From contig CBDDPY010000002.1 of assembly GCA_965232515.1 (NCBI GenBank), forward strand, positions 1,856,001 through 1,920,000: DNA of 64,000 bases, read 5' to 3'. The translations under genes were made by a program, and so were the position numbers. Within the stretch, counting starts at the first letter, position 1. Each line of letters opens with the position of its first letter. The notes under the pieces are model-generated. The model had not been told where the DNA came from, did not search any database, and worked only from the letters and a program-made list of their open reading frames with translations. This DNA comes from Alphaproteobacteria bacterium. GTDB lineage: Bacteria; Pseudomonadota; Alphaproteobacteria; GCA-2731375. This document shows, in pieces, positions 1 to 14,574 of this stretch.

Positions 1-2
1 CC

Positions 3-581
3 AGGATCACGTCAGTCTGCGTCTATTGTGGGTCACGGGTCGGCAGCCGGCAAGCCTATCGCGATGTCGCCGCGGCGCTGGGCCAGGGTCTGGCCGCGCG
101 CGGCATGCGGCTGGTCTACGGCGGCGGCCGTGTCGGCATGATGGGCGTGCTGGCCGACGCCGCGATCGCCGCCGGCGGCGAGGTCGTGGGCATCATTCCG
201 GAGCATCTGTTTCGCATCGAGGTCGGCCATGAGCAACTCGCCGAGATGCATGTGGTCGCCAATATGCATGAGCGCAAGCACAAGATGTTCGAGCTGTCGG
301 ACGCCTTCGTGGTCCTGCCCGGCGGCATCGGCACGCTCGACGAGACCTTCGAGATCGTCACCTGGAAGCAGCTGAAGCTGCACGACCGGCCGATCCTGTT
401 GCTGAACCAGGACGACTACTGGCGGCCCTTCCTCGACCTCATCGACCGGATCGTCGGCGAGGACTTCGCGGCGCCGGCGATCCGCAATCTCTACGGCGTG
501 GTCGATGACCTCGACGCGCTGTTCGCGGCCCTGGCGGAAGCGCCGGCGCCGCGGATTCCGGCCCATCCCGAACGCCTCTAG
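3..581 (+). CDS. LOG family (TIGR00730-type) nucleotide phosphoribohydrolase, 5' end truncated by the window
   Basis: Frame of ORF 105..581 is open back to base 3 (SVCVYCGS...LVYGGG..GMMG...MHERK...LPGGIGTLDE); PGGxGTxxE LOG signature. Confidence 0.9.
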   Translation, partial: RITSVCVYCGSRVGSRQAYRDVAAALGQGLAARGMRLVYGGGRVGMMGVLADAAIAAGGEVVGIIPEHLFRIEVGHEQLAEMHVVANMHERKHKMFELSDAFVVLPGGIGTLDETFEIVTWKQLKLHDRPILLLNQDDYWRPFLDLIDRIVGEDFAAPAIRNLYGVVDDLDALFAALAEAPAPRIPAHPERL

Positions 582-705
582 GGCCGAATTCTCGACCGCC
601 GGATCTGTCCGCCGGCCAGTGCTTTGCAGCCCGCCGGGGCGGTGTTATGTTCGCGCCCGCGCGCGGGGGGCAGCAGCGCATTTCCGGCCGAACGAGGTGT
701 GATTA

Positions 706-1920
706 ATGAGCAAAATCAAAGTCGATAACCCGATCGTCGAGCTTGACGGCGACGAAATGACCCGGATTATCTGGGCCTTCATCAAGGACAAGCTGATCCT
801 GCCGTATCTCGACGTCGACCTGAAATACTACGACCTCGGCATCGAAGCCCGGGACGAGACCGACGACCAGATCACCGTCGACGCGGCCGAGGCCATCAAG
901 CAGTACGGTGTCGGCGTCAAATGCGCCACCATCACGCCGGACGAGGCCCGGGTCGAAGAATTCAACCTCAAGCGCATGTACCGCTCGCCGAACGGCACGA
1001 TCCGCAACATCCTCGGCGGCACCGTGTTCCGCGAGCCGATCATCTGCCAGAACATTCCGCGCCTGGTGCCGGGCTGGACCGACCCGATCGTCATCGGCCG
1101 CCACGCCTTCGGTGACCAGTACCGCGCGACCGACTTCGTGGTGCCGGGCAAGGGCAAGCTGACGCTCACCTTCGAGCCGGCCGACGGCGGCGACAAGATG
1201 GAGTTCGAGGTCTTCGACTTTCCCGGCGGCGGCGTCGCCATGGGCATGTACAACCTCGACGACTCGATCCGCGATTTCGCCCGCGCCTGCATGAACTACG
1301 GCCTGGCGCGCACCTGGCCGGTTTACCTCTCGACCAAGAACACGATCCTGAAAGCCTATGACGGCCGCTTCAAGGATCTGTTCCAGGAGGTCTTCGACGC
1401 CGAGTTCAAGGACAAGTTCCAGGCCGCCGGCATCGACTACGAGCACCGTCTGATCGACGACATGGTCGCCGCGGCGCTGAAGTGGAGCGGCAAGTTCGTT
1501 TGGGCCTGCAAGAACTACGACGGCGACGTGCAGTCCGACACCGTGGCGCAGGGCTTCGGCTCGCTCGGTCTGATGACCTCGATGCTGATGACGCCCGACG
1601 GCAAGACCGTCGAGGCCGAGGCGGCGCACGGCACGGTCACGCGGCACTACCGCATGCATCAGCAGGGCAAGGAAACCTCGACCAATCCGATCGCCTCGAT
1701 CTTCGCCTGGACCGGCGGGCTGAAGCACCGCGGCACGATCGACGGCAACGCGGCCGTCACCAAGTTCGGCGAAACGCTGGAGCGGGTCTGCGTCGAAACC
1801 GTCGAGGCCGGCAGCATGACCAAGGACCTAGCGATCCTGATCGGGCCGGATCAGGAGTGGCTGACCACCAACCAGTTCCTCGACAAGCTCGACGCCAACC
1901 TTCAGGCGGCGATGGGTTGA
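706..1920 (+). CDS. icd: NADP-dependent isocitrate dehydrogenase
   Basis: [54 protein letters not shown]; GAGG RBS upstream. Confidence 0.98.
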   Translation: MSKIKVDNPIVELDGDEMTRIIWAFIKDKLILPYLDVDLKYYDLGIEARDETDDQITVDAAEAIKQYGVGVKCATITPDEARVEEFNLKRMYRSPNGTIRNILGGTVFREPIICQNIPRLVPGWTDPIVIGRHAFGDQYRATDFVVPGKGKLTLTFEPADGGDKMEFEVFDFPGGGVAMGMYNLDDSIRDFARACMNYGLARTWPVYLSTKNTILKAYDGRFKDLFQEVFDAEFKDKFQAAGIDYEHRLIDDMVAAALKWSGKFVWACKNYDGDVQSDTVAQGFGSLGLMTSMLMTPDGKTVEAEAAHGTVTRHYRMHQQGKETSTNPIASIFAWTGGLKHRGTIDGNAAVTKFGETLERVCVETVEAGSMTKDLAILIGPDQEWLTTNQFLDKLDANLQAAMG

Positions 1921-1942
1921 ACCCGGATCCGGCGCGCCGTCC

Positions 1943-3151
1943 CTACCGATCGGTCGGCGCGCTGGTGGGACCGGTGCCGAGTTCTTCCGGCAGGACGTCG
2001 CCGGTCGCGGCGGCGCGGCGCTCGGCCGCCACGCGCGTCACCTCGACCTTGATGTGGGCGCTCTCGTCCATCAGCCGGTGGAAGTCGTCCGCCTCCAGCA
2101 CCATCAGGCGACAATCCGTCTTGGCAACGACGGTCGCTTCGCGCGTCGTGCGATAGACCAGGCTGATTTCGCCGAAGAAATCGCCGGCCTCAAGGCTGAC
2201 ATGGCCTTTCGGCATGCCGACGTCGACTTCGCCAGTGGCGATGAAATACATGCAATCGGCCGTGTCGCCGCGGCGCTGAATGGTGTAGCCGGCCGGCACC
2301 TCCTGGCTGTGCAGCAGCGCTGCGATCTTGGCGATCGATCGCGCGTCGAGCTCGGCGAACAGCGGCACGCGCGCCACCATACCCCAGGTGACGACGAAGT
2401 CGCGGCGATGCACCTCGTTGGTGAAGCCCGAGGCGATGATGGCGATCGGCAGCGCGTACATGCCGATGCCCAGTACCGAGATCAGCCCGGCGAACAGGCG
2501 TCCCAGCGGCGTCACCGGCGTCACGTCGCCATAGCCGACGGTGGTCAGCGTTGCCATCGCCCACCACATGGCGGCGGGAATGCTGCCGAACTCGTCGGGC
2601 TGGACGCGGCGCTCGATCAGATGCATACCGCTGGCCGCGAACATGATCAGTGCCAGCATGATCATGATCGCCGCCACCAGCGCCCGCCGCTCCAGATACA
2701 GCACGCGCCCGAGCGTGGTCAGCGCCGGCGAGAAGCGCGCCAGCTTCAACAGCCGGATCAGCCGGAACAGCCGCAGCATCAACAGCTCCGGCCCGACGAA
2801 CGGCAGCAGCAGCACCGGCGCGATCGCCAGCAGGTCGATGATCATGGTCGGCGTCAGCGCGAAGTTCAGGCGCACCGCCGCGCGGCTCTGCCGGCCGAAG
2901 GACGCGTGCTCGGTGCAGACCCAGATCCGGGCCACGTATTCGAGCGTGAAGACCGTCAGCGACAGAATTTCGATGGTCTGAAAGATGCCGCCGTACGAGC
3001 TGCCGTACGACGGCACCGATTCAAGCGCGATGGCGACGACGCTGACCACGATCAGCAGGCACAGGCCGTTGTCGATCAGCTGAGCCGGCAGCGTCCGGCG
3101 ATCGCCGGCCTCCAGCAGATCGAACACACGCCGCTTCAGGCTGACTGCCAT
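1943..3151 (-). CDS. Cyclic-nucleotide-gated potassium channel (6TM + CNBD)
   Basis: Start reassigned to MAVSLKRR (ATG at 3151); S4-like RLFRLIRLLKLAR, filter TTVGYGD, C-terminal GDFFGEISL..R.ATV cNMP-binding domain. Confidence 0.92.
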   Translation of the reverse strand: MAVSLKRRVFDLLEAGDRRTLPAQLIDNGLCLLIVVSVVAIALESVPSYGSSYGGIFQTIEILSLTVFTLEYVARIWVCTEHASFGRQSRAAVRLNFALTPTMIIDLLAIAPVLLLPFVGPELLMLRLFRLIRLLKLARFSPALTTLGRVLYLERRALVAAIMIMLALIMFAASGMHLIERRVQPDEFGSIPAAMWWAMATLTTVGYGDVTPVTPLGRLFAGLISVLGIGMYALPIAIIASGFTNEVHRRDFVVTWGMVARVPLFAELDARSIAKIAALLHSQEVPAGYTIQRRGDTADCMYFIATGEVDVGMPKGHVSLEAGDFFGEISLVYRTTREATVVAKTDCRLMVLEADDFHRLMDESAHIKVEVTRVAAERRAAATGDVLPEELGTGPTSAPTDR

Positions 3152-3186
3152 CGGTTTACCGGCGCCTCCCCCGCGCCTTCGTGAAA

Positions 3187-5850
<2,664 letters not shown>

Positions 5851-5940
5851 GTCTTAACCAATATCTAGGCCGGCCCGGCCAGCGCGGCAAAGTAGCGCCC
5901 GCGCGGCAACCCCGCAAGAGACGCCGGCGGAGACGCCACA

Positions 5941-5974
5941 AACGAAAAACGGCGCCGGGCTAACCCGGCGCCGT
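5941..5974 (-). terminator. Intrinsic terminator downstream of recA
   Basis: 11-bp stem acggcgccggg-ctaa-cccggcgccgt followed by a T run on the minus strand. Confidence 0.75.
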
Positions 5975-6003
5975 CTCGATTTGCTTCTCTACGGGCGTGC
6001 GGG

Positions 6004-7107
<1,104 letters not shown>

Positions 7108-7157
7108 GTCACGGCTCCTTATCCCATAGCCACTTCAGCGATGCAATTGAGCCGAAT

Positions 7158-7172
7158 GTACATATTTTGTTC
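7158..7172 (-). promoter_or_regulatory. Alphaproteobacterial LexA (SOS) box upstream of recA
   Basis: Minus strand reads GAAC-AAAATAT-GTAC, matching GAAC-N7-G(A/T)AC, 51 bp upstream of the recA start. Confidence 0.85.
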
Positions 7173-7365
7173 TCATACGCAAGCAGGAACTTTATGTCAT
7201 TGAAAAACAACGGTTTTCCCACCGGTCGTTCAAGGAACGTTCCGGGAAAATCAGGTCGGCACCACGGCTTTCGGTTCGGCGATGGCGCCGCGCCCAATCG
7301 ATTATGGCGCCGTGAAGGAGTCCGAGCCGCGCCGCCGGCCAGGACGTGGCCTGGATTATCGCGCG

Positions 7366-8187
7366 CTAACCAAGGACCTTGAGGATTAGCCGGCCAGCTG
7401 GCGTCTCTCGGATCGCCAGCCAGGCCGGCGAATCCACAAACTGCTGCCGAAGCAGCTTCCACAAGGCCGATCGCGGCACATAGATGTCAACGGGCGCGCC
7501 CAGGAGCAGCGCTTCTTTCAGCAGGTTATGTGGGAAAAGCGCCCGCAGACGTTCACGATACCAGGCCGAATATGCAGACCGACAGACAAAGACTTTGTTG
7601 CGGCCGATGGCGAAGGGAACGAGCTCGCTTGCCGGCAATGCCTGCAAGGCACCCTCGGATACGCCGGGCCATTGCGGGTTGAAATAATCGTCGAGAATAA
7701 CGACGCCGTTATCCGCCAGCCCCGACGCCGCCAGGTGGATATCGTTGCGCGTCAACTCCGCCGTGTGGCCGCCATCGATGCTGAACAGCCTGATGCGCCC
7801 GGCCGCATCCAGAATTTCTTCCGTACTGACGTCGTCGGAACTCTTTCGGATCGTATCGATGTCGGTATCGGCGAAGGACGACAGATTACGATGGAACACG
7901 GCCTCGTTACCCGAGCCGGACCTATCGACATTCTGCGTCTGATCGTCAAACACGTCGATGCAGAACGCGCGCTCGCCCTCATGAATCATCAGATACAGAA
8001 GAATGAACAAACGTCCGTGATGAATGCCAATCTCGCCAACGCCGCCGGTGATATCCGCGGCCGTCTGAACCACGCCGAGACCCGCGATCAATTGCGCATC
8101 CATTGGGTTCAGCCAGCCTTCGACCCTGCGGTGGCCGCCGCCGGCATAACGTCGCAACCGCGCCTCTGGAAACTTGCGTTTCAACAT
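7366..8187 (-). CDS. Class I SAM-dependent methyltransferase (Methyltransf_24-like)
   Basis: GEIGIHHGR, CIDVF, SIDGGH, ILDDY, WPGV motifs. Confidence 0.8.
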   Translation of the reverse strand: MLKRKFPEARLRRYAGGGHRRVEGWLNPMDAQLIAGLGVVQTAADITGGVGEIGIHHGRLFILLYLMIHEGERAFCIDVFDDQTQNVDRSGSGNEAVFHRNLSSFADTDIDTIRKSSDDVSTEEILDAAGRIRLFSIDGGHTAELTRNDIHLAASGLADNGVVILDDYFNPQWPGVSEGALQALPASELVPFAIGRNKVFVCRSAYSAWYRERLRALFPHNLLKEALLLGAPVDIYVPRSALWKLLRQQFVDSPAWLAIRETPAGRLILKVLG

Positions 8188-8377
8188 CGTGTCCCTTCCA
8201 CCTCCCCACCAAAGCGGGACGTTCTGAAAACATGCTGGAGCGCGCCGCTGCAGACAAATCTATAGATAGAACGAACAGACATCCGCAAGGGATCGATACC
8301 CTTAACCGAGCCCGGTTCGCTTCGCGTCGTTGGCGTTGCTCGTCGGTCGAGCTGGCGTGCCTTGGGAGGAAAACCGA

Positions 8378-10921
8378 CTAGACGCGCTCGCCGTCGATCA
8401 CCGACTTCACCTTGCCGGCCAGCTGCTTCAGGCTGAACGGCTTCGGCAGCAGATCGAAATCGGCATCGGGGTCGAGATTGCGGCGGAAGGCGTCCTCGGC
8501 ATAGCCCGAGATATAGATCACCTTCAGGTCCGGCAGCGTCTGACGCACCCGCTTGATCAATGTCGGGCCGTCCATCTGCGGCATCACCACGTCGCTGATC
8601 AGCAGGTCGATCTTGCCGTCGTGCTCGGCCAGCGCCTTCAGCGCCGCCTCGCCGCCATTCGCCTCCAGCACCGTATAGCCCTTGTTGCGCAGTGCCCGGG
8701 CCGCGAACACGCGCACCGCGTCCTCGTCCTCGACCAGCATGATGGTGCCCTTGCCGGTCAGGTCCTGCGGTTTGGCGTCGGCGCCGGCGGCATCGTCGTC
8801 GTCGGCCTGCGGCTCGGTCTCGACCTGCTGCAGCCGCGGCAGATAGATCCGGAACGCCGTGCCCTTGCCGACCTCGCTCTTCGGGAAGATGAAGCCGCCG
8901 GTCTGCTTGACGATACCGTAGACCGTGGCGAGGCCAAGGCCGGTGCCCGACCCGGCGCCGGTGCCGGGCTGCTTGGTGGTGAAGAATGGCTCGAAGATCT
9001 TGCCCAGGTCCTCGGGCGAGATGCCCTTGCCGGTATCGTGCACCTCGATTTCGACATAGTCCGCCGCCGGCATCAGGTCATGGCCCAGCTTGGCCGACTC
9101 TTCGCGGCTGACGTTGCGGGTGACGATCGACAGCGTGCCGCCGCGCGGCATGGCGTCGCGGGCATTCACCGCCAGATTGATGATCACCTGCTCGAGCTGG
9201 CCCTGGTCGGCCTTGACCAGGCCGAGGTCGCGTTCGTGCTGCAGCTTGAGCTCGATGTTCTCGCCGATCAGCCGTTGCAGCAGGTGCGACAGCTCGGCCA
9301 GCACGTCGGTCAGCGACAGCACCTTCGGTCGCAGCGTCTGCTGGCGCGAGAAAGCCAGCAGCTGACGCACCAGGTTGGCGGCGCGGTTGGCGTTCTGCTT
9401 GACCTGCATGATGTCCGGGAACGACTCGTCGCCGGGTCGCGCGCGCAGCAACAGCAGGTCGCAGTGGCCGATGATGGCGGTCAGCAGATTGTTGAAGTCG
9501 TGCGCCACGCCGCCGGCAAGCTGGCCGACGGCCTGCATCTTCTGGCCTTGCGCGAACTGCAGCTCGAGATTGCGCTGCTCGGCCATGTCGACCAGGTTCA
9601 CCAGCAGCTCGGCCGCCTCGCCCGACCCGCTTTCCAGACGGCTGGCATAGAGCTGCACCGGTCGCCGGCCCAACAGGTCCGAGAGATGCACCTCCATCAT
9701 GCCGCCGCGCTTGCCGGCCCAGCTGTCGTCCAGGCGCCGCGCCACGTCTTCGCGATCCTCGGCCGCCACCAGGTCGAGAAACTGCCGGCCCGTCGGATCG
9801 GCGCCGTCCGCGGCCATCGCCTGCAGGGCCGGATTGGCGACGACGACCGCGCCATCCAGATCGACCATCAGCGCCGCCACCGGTGCGAAATCGAAGAAAC
9901 GGCGGAAGCGCTCCTCGGTGGACCTCGTGGCGACGGCGCCCGTGGCCGGCGTCAGGTCGTTGACCACGGCAAGCTGGCGCGCCTCGGCGCCGTCGCCCAC
10001 CAGCGTCCGCATCAGCATGGCCGGCATCTCGCTGCCGTCATGGCGGCGTAAGGTCAGCCGTGCCGGCGCCGGCCGTCCGGCCTCGGCCGGCTGCGGCGGA
10101 TCGCCGACAACGATGTCGGCGAGCCTCATCTCCGCCGTCATCGCCTCGACGTCGTAACCCAGGCGCTCGGCAAGCTCGCGGTTGATCGAGCGGAAGCGCC
10201 CCGCCGCATCGGCAACGAAGAAGCCGACCGGCGCGGCATCGAGCAACTCCGCGATCTGCCATGTCGCGTCGGCCGGATCCGGCGCGCCCTCGCCGTCCGC
10301 CGGCGGCATATCGTTGCCCGTCGGCTGCGACGGCTGCGCGTTCCCGCCAGCCGGCGTCGACATCTCCGTACTGTCGTCGACCAATTCCCAGGCCACCGCG
10401 GCCGCCGATCCGTCGACCGGAAACGCCCGCACCTCGACCCAGGTGCCGGCGGCCGCGAAACCACCCGGCAGCCGCAAGCGGTCGCGGGCGGTATCGCCCG
10501 ACGCCGCCGCCTTCCGCAGACGACGCCAATCCTCTGCTTCGACCGCCTGCAGATCGAGCCGGCTCATCGGGCCGAAGCGGGCGCCAAATGCAACGTTTCG
10601 ATACAGGATGGCGCCGTCGGCATCCGTGACCATGACGCCGTGCGGACTGTGATCGACAGCCTCGGCGATCAGCTCGAGATTCGCATCCTCGTCCCGGCCG
10701 CGCGTGGCCAGAACCAGCGCCGCGCCCGCGATCGCGCCGGCCGCCGCGGCCAGCGACAGGAAACCGGCGCTGCCCGCGCCCGCGGCCACGACCACGACGC
10801 TCAATGCCAGAACCGCGATGATCGCGCCGGCCCAGGCCAAGGGCCGCCGGCCGTGACGGGCCAGGCGCCGACTGGAGGCCATGGCGTTCTGCCGGCTGAA
10901 TCGGGATATCGTCGCGTCCAT
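8378..10921 (-). CDS. cckA: Cell-cycle hybrid histidine kinase CckA-like (TM-PAS-HisKA-HATPase-REC)
   Basis: [56 protein letters not shown], receiver LLISDVVMP; flhB-cckA-recA order; start uncertain. Confidence 0.9.
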   Translation of the reverse strand: MDATISRFSRQNAMASSRRLARHGRRPLAWAGAIIAVLALSVVVVAAGAGSAGFLSLAAAAGAIAGAALVLATRGRDEDANLELIAEAVDHSPHGVMVTDADGAILYRNVAFGARFGPMSRLDLQAVEAEDWRRLRKAAASGDTARDRLRLPGGFAAAGTWVEVRAFPVDGSAAAVAWELVDDSTEMSTPAGGNAQPSQPTGNDMPPADGEGAPDPADATWQIAELLDAAPVGFFVADAAGRFRSINRELAERLGYDVEAMTAEMRLADIVVGDPPQPAEAGRPAPARLTLRRHDGSEMPAMLMRTLVGDGAEARQLAVVNDLTPATGAVATRSTEERFRRFFDFAPVAALMVDLDGAVVVANPALQAMAADGADPTGRQFLDLVAAEDREDVARRLDDSWAGKRGGMMEVHLSDLLGRRPVQLYASRLESGSGEAAELLVNLVDMAEQRNLELQFAQGQKMQAVGQLAGGVAHDFNNLLTAIIGHCDLLLLRARPGDESFPDIMQVKQNANRAANLVRQLLAFSRQQTLRPKVLSLTDVLAELSHLLQRLIGENIELKLQHERDLGLVKADQGQLEQVIINLAVNARDAMPRGGTLSIVTRNVSREESAKLGHDLMPAADYVEIEVHDTGKGISPEDLGKIFEPFFTTKQPGTGAGSGTGLGLATVYGIVKQTGGFIFPKSEVGKGTAFRIYLPRLQQVETEPQADDDDAAGADAKPQDLTGKGTIMLVEDEDAVRVFAARALRNKGYTVLEANGGEAALKALAEHDGKIDLLISDVVMPQMDGPTLIKRVRQTLPDLKVIYISGYAEDAFRRNLDPDADFDLLPKPFSLKQLAGKVKSVIDGERV

Positions 10922-10993
10922 CTATTGCAACCCTCTGCACCGCCCCGCCGCCGATGTGCGTTCTAGCATCTGCGCGCGGTCCTCGACATCGTG

Positions 10994-12079
10994 TCAGCCC
11001 TGCGTCAGCGGCCGCCGCAGCTTCCGCCGCAACCCCATGACATACCCAATAACCTCGGCCACCGCTTGATAGAATTGCGGCGGCACCTCCTGATCGACCT
11101 CGACGCCGGCGTGCAGGGCACGGGCCAGCGGCGGGTTTTCTACGATCGGCACATCGTTCTCGTCCGCAATGTCACGCATCTTCAGCGCCAGCAGATCCTG
11201 TCCCTTGGCGACGCAGCGCGGCGCCGCCATGGTCTCGGCATCGTATTTGAGCGCGACCGCGAAGTGGGTCGGGTTGGTGACCAGAACGTCGGCGGTCGGC
11301 ACGGCCGCCACCGTGCGCTGACGCGCGCGCTCGGTGCGGACCTGCCGGATCCTCGCCTTGACCTGCGGATCGCCCTCGGACTGCTTGTTCTCGTCCTTGA
11401 TCTCCTGGCGGGACATCTTCTGGCTCTCGATGAAGTCCCATTTTTGATACATGAAGTCCAGCGCCGCAATGACCGTCATCACGCCGATGACGGCGGCGGC
11501 CATCAGCAGCGCCATCTTCTTGATGATGTCGAGCACCTCATAAAGATCGTAGGACGGCAGCAGCCGGATCATCTGCAGTTCCGGCCAGACCAGAAAAATC
11601 AGCAGGCTGCCGATCACCACCAGCTTGAACGCGGCCTTCGCCAGCTCGACCAGCCCCTGGGTGCCGAAGATTTTCTTCACACCCTTCATCGGCGACAACT
11701 TGTTGAGGTCCGGCTTCATGCGGAAGGCCGAGAATACCGGTTTGTGCTGGACCATATTGCCGCCGACGGCGGCCAGAATCATCAGCAACAGCGGCAGAAA
11801 GACCAGCTTCAGAATGTCGAAGCCCATGTTGCGGAACACGTCCAGCAGATGTCCGTAATCCATCGGCACCGCATGCGGCGCCTCGAAGAACGGCAGGATC
11901 TGTTGGCTCAGGCCGCTCGCCACATAGTCGGCAAACAAGGCAACGGACAACGCCGCGGCCGACAGCATGAACCAGTGCCCGACCTCCTGGCTTTTGGCCA
12001 CCTGGCCCTTCGAGTGCGCCTCGGAAAGCCGCTTGCCGGTCGGCTGTTCTGTTTTTTGACTCTTGTCTTCTTCGGACAT
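10994..12079 (-). CDS. flhB: Flagellar export switch protein FlhB
   Basis: KTEQPT.KRL, KQSEGDP, autocleavage motif TNPTH, ENPPLARAL. Confidence 0.97.
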   Translation of the reverse strand: MSEEDKSQKTEQPTGKRLSEAHSKGQVAKSQEVGHWFMLSAAALSVALFADYVASGLSQQILPFFEAPHAVPMDYGHLLDVFRNMGFDILKLVFLPLLLMILAAVGGNMVQHKPVFSAFRMKPDLNKLSPMKGVKKIFGTQGLVELAKAAFKLVVIGSLLIFLVWPELQMIRLLPSYDLYEVLDIIKKMALLMAAAVIGVMTVIAALDFMYQKWDFIESQKMSRQEIKDENKQSEGDPQVKARIRQVRTERARQRTVAAVPTADVLVTNPTHFAVALKYDAETMAAPRCVAKGQDLLALKMRDIADENDVPIVENPPLARALHAGVEVDQEVPPQFYQAVAEVIGYVMGLRRKLRRPLTQG

Positions 12080-12097
12080 GGCTCTGTCAGACCTAGC

Positions 12098-12862
12098 TCA
12101 ATTCGGCGCCAGCAGGTTGACGATGCTGGCCTCGAAGTGATTCACGAACCACATCATCGACGCCGGCAGCACGGCCATCAGCAGGAAGAAGGCGAAGCTG
12201 ATCTGCAGCGGGATCGCCGAAAAGAACAGCTGCACCTGCGGCATCAGGCGCTGCAGCAGACCGAGCCCGATGTAGAAGGCGATTCCGAACACCACGAACG
12301 GCGTCGCCATCTGGATGCCGATCTTGAACGAAGATGCGACGATGGCGATCACCAGCTGCGCGATGGAATCCGTCGGCGGCGGGCTGCCGGGCGGAAACAG
12401 GGTGTAGCTGTCGTAGATCGCGCCGATCATCATCATATGCAGGCCGGTCGCGAAGATCAGCACGACGCCGACCATGGTCATGAGGGCGCTGATCAGCGCG
12501 CCCTGCACACCCTGGTTCGGGTCCACCGTCATGGCGTAGGCAAGACTGCTCTGAAAGGCGATGACCGTCCCGGCGATATGCAGCGCGCTCATCATCAGCC
12601 GCGCTGTCGCGCCGATGAACAGGCCGTAGAGGATCTCGCCGGACACCAGGAACGCCAACGCCCATGGCGTATCGGGCAGCGCCGGCAAACCGTCGCGCAC
12701 GAGGGGAAAGATCACCAGGGTCAGGGCCAGCGACAGCGCCAGCCGGACCCGGCGAAATACATAGGTCTCGCCGATGCCCGGCAACAGCATGACGCCGGCG
12801 CCGATCCGCGCGAACACCAGCATGAAGGCGAACAGCTCGCCCGGCAGGTATTGCGCGAGCAC
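12098..12862 (-). CDS. fliR: Flagellar export protein FliR
   Basis: FARIG...LPGIGE, GLL.RLMPQVQ; lies between fliQ and flhB. Confidence 0.95.
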   Translation of the reverse strand: MLAQYLPGELFAFMLVFARIGAGVMLLPGIGETYVFRRVRLALSLALTLVIFPLVRDGLPALPDTPWALAFLVSGEILYGLFIGATARLMMSALHIAGTVIAFQSSLAYAMTVDPNQGVQGALISALMTMVGVVLIFATGLHMMMIGAIYDSYTLFPPGSPPPTDSIAQLVIAIVASSFKIGIQMATPFVVFGIAFYIGLGLLQRLMPQVQLFFSAIPLQISFAFFLLMAVLPASMMWFVNHFEASIVNLLAPN

Positions 12863-12874
12863 GGCTCACCGCAC

Positions 12875-13141
12875 CTACGGCAGCGCGATGATGCGCTGCG
12901 CCGTACGCTCCATGAACGCCGTCAGCACGTTGAGCATGAACGGCATGAAGACCAGCAGCGAAAGAAAGATGGCGAAGATCTTCGGCACGAACACCAACGT
13001 CATCTCCTGAATCTGGGTCAACGCCTGGAACAGCGCGACCGTCAGGCCGACGACCAGGCCGACCGCCATCACGGGGGACGCTACTTGCAGAAGAACGAAG
13101 ATCGCGTCGCGTAGAAACTCCAGGACCTCAGGGGTTGTCAT
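12875..13141 (-). CDS. fliQ: Flagellar export protein FliQ
   Basis: FQALTQIQEMTLVFVPKI. Confidence 0.97.
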   Translation of the reverse strand: MTTPEVLEFLRDAIFVLLQVASPVMAVGLVVGLTVALFQALTQIQEMTLVFVPKIFAIFLSLLVFMPFMLNVLTAFMERTAQRIIALP

Positions 13142-13168
13142 TACATCAACTTACACATCTGGATGGTT

Positions 13169-13253
13169 GCTCGACCCGTCCCGCTCCCCCACCCGACCAC
13201 CCATCAAGCATACTTCCGTGGGTGGTCGGGTGGGGGAGCGGGACGGGTCGAGC
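13169..13253. repeat. Perfect 35-bp inverted repeat with 15-nt loop (REP/MITE-like)
   Basis: gctcgacccgtcccgctcccccacccgaccaccca (13169-13203) is the exact reverse complement of 13219-13253. Confidence 0.95.
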
Positions 13254-13270
13254 TCTAATCCCAAAAAACA

Positions 13271-13603
13271 TCAGATCGGCATGCGGACGATGTCCTGATA
13301 GGCCTGGATCACCCGGTCGCGCACCGCGACCACGGTCTGCAGGCTGACCTCGGCGTTGGTGACGGCCGTGACGACATCGACCAGCTCTGCCTGCCGGCCG
13401 GCGGCCTGCATCGACACCGTCTCGCCCGCGCGCAGGCTGTCGACCGACTGCGTGGCGACATCCTGCAGCAGGTCGGCGAAGCTGGGACCGGCGGCCTTGT
13501 CGGCACCGCCCAGTCCGAGGTCGACGCTGTCGCTGCGCGACTGCGCCGCGCGGTTCAAGGCATCGGTATAGGCCGAGGCGGCGTTGGTGAATTTCACGTC
13601 CAT
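13271..13603 (-). CDS. fliE: Flagellar hook-basal body protein FliE
   Basis: SFADLL...VVAVRDRVIQAYQDIVRMPI. Confidence 0.95.
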   Translation of the reverse strand: MDVKFTNAASAYTDALNRAAQSRSDSVDLGLGGADKAAGPSFADLLQDVATQSVDSLRAGETVSMQAAGRQAELVDVVTAVTNAEVSLQTVVAVRDRVIQAYQDIVRMPI

Positions 13604-13636
13604 GGCGAACCCTCTCCTCTAAATCCCCGCGGTCGC

Positions 13637-14047
13637 CTAGCCGCGCAGGATGTCGACGGTGCGCTTCATCATCTGGCGCACCGCCGTGATCATGTTCAGG
13701 TTGGCTTCGTAGCTGCGCTGCGCTTCGCGCATGTCCATCATTTCGATCAGCGAGTTGACGTTCGGCAGCTGTACGTAGCCGGCTTCGTCGGCGCCCGGAT
13801 GGCCCGGGTCGTAGCGTTTGCCGAACGCTGAACGGTCCAGCTGAATGCGGTCCACCGACACTTTCTCGACCCCGACGGCGCGGTCGAGCGCGTTCTTGAA
13901 TGTCGGCAGCTTGCGGCGATACGGCTCGTCGTTGGGCGATTGCGGCAGCGAGTTCGCGTTGGCCAGGTTCTCGGAGATGATGCGCATCCGCTGGCCCTGG
14001 GCCCGCATGCCCGAGGCCGAAATCATCAGTGTCTTGGAGAATTCCAT
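13637..14047 (-). CDS. flgC: Basal-body rod protein FlgC
   Basis: ISASGMRAQ..RM.IISENLANA, PYRRK, YDPGHP.AD..GYV, RSYEANL. Confidence 0.97.
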   Translation of the reverse strand: MEFSKTLMISASGMRAQGQRMRIISENLANANSLPQSPNDEPYRRKLPTFKNALDRAVGVEKVSVDRIQLDRSAFGKRYDPGHPGADEAGYVQLPNVNSLIEMMDMREAQRSYEANLNMITAVRQMMKRTVDILRG

Positions 14048-14066
14048 TCCGCGCCCCCGGATCCGG

Positions 14067-14477
14067 CTAGCGGCGGCCGCTGCCGCTCAACGCGGCTTTC
14101 AGCATGCCGACCTGCTTGGTGTACAGGTTGACGATCAGTTCGTACTCGCCGCGGCTCTCGGCCGCCTTCATCAGCTCTTCTTCCAACACCACGGCATTGC
14201 CGGTCGGCGTGGTTTCGAATTCCTGCTTTTCCGGCTTCGCCGTCGCCGGGACCGGCGCGCCGCTGCCGGCCATGTGCGCGCGGCTGGTCGCGGCCATGCC
14301 GAGGCGGCTCTCCGTCCGGCGCAGTGCCGCCTTGAAGTCGGGCGGCGCCAGGTCGCGGGCGATATAGTCCGGCGTATCCGCATTCGCGACATTCTGCGCC
14401 AACACGCGCTGGCGTTCGTTCAGCCAGTTCATGCGTGTCGTCAGCATGTTGAAGACCTTGAGGCGGCTCAGATCCAT
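14067..14477 (-). CDS. flgB: Basal-body rod protein FlgB
   Basis: RQRVLAQNVANADTPDY, GNAVVLEEE; start set at MDLSRL. Confidence 0.95.
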   Translation of the reverse strand: MDLSRLKVFNMLTTRMNWLNERQRVLAQNVANADTPDYIARDLAPPDFKAALRRTESRLGMAATSRAHMAGSGAPVPATAKPEKQEFETTPTGNAVVLEEELMKAAESRGEYELIVNLYTKQVGMLKAALSGSGRR

Positions 14478-14559
14478 CTCTCGTCCAGCTCTGGCGCCGG
14501 TCCGGTGCACGGAACGGCGGATTAGGTTTGTCGCTTATGTTCATAGTCGGCGTCGGCCG

Positions 14560-14574
14560 TTAAGAAACGTTTAA
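14560..14574. promoter_or_regulatory. CtrA box between the divergent flgB and fliO/P units
   Basis: TTAA-gaaacgt-TTAA, an exact TTAA-N7-TTAA. Confidence 0.85.
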
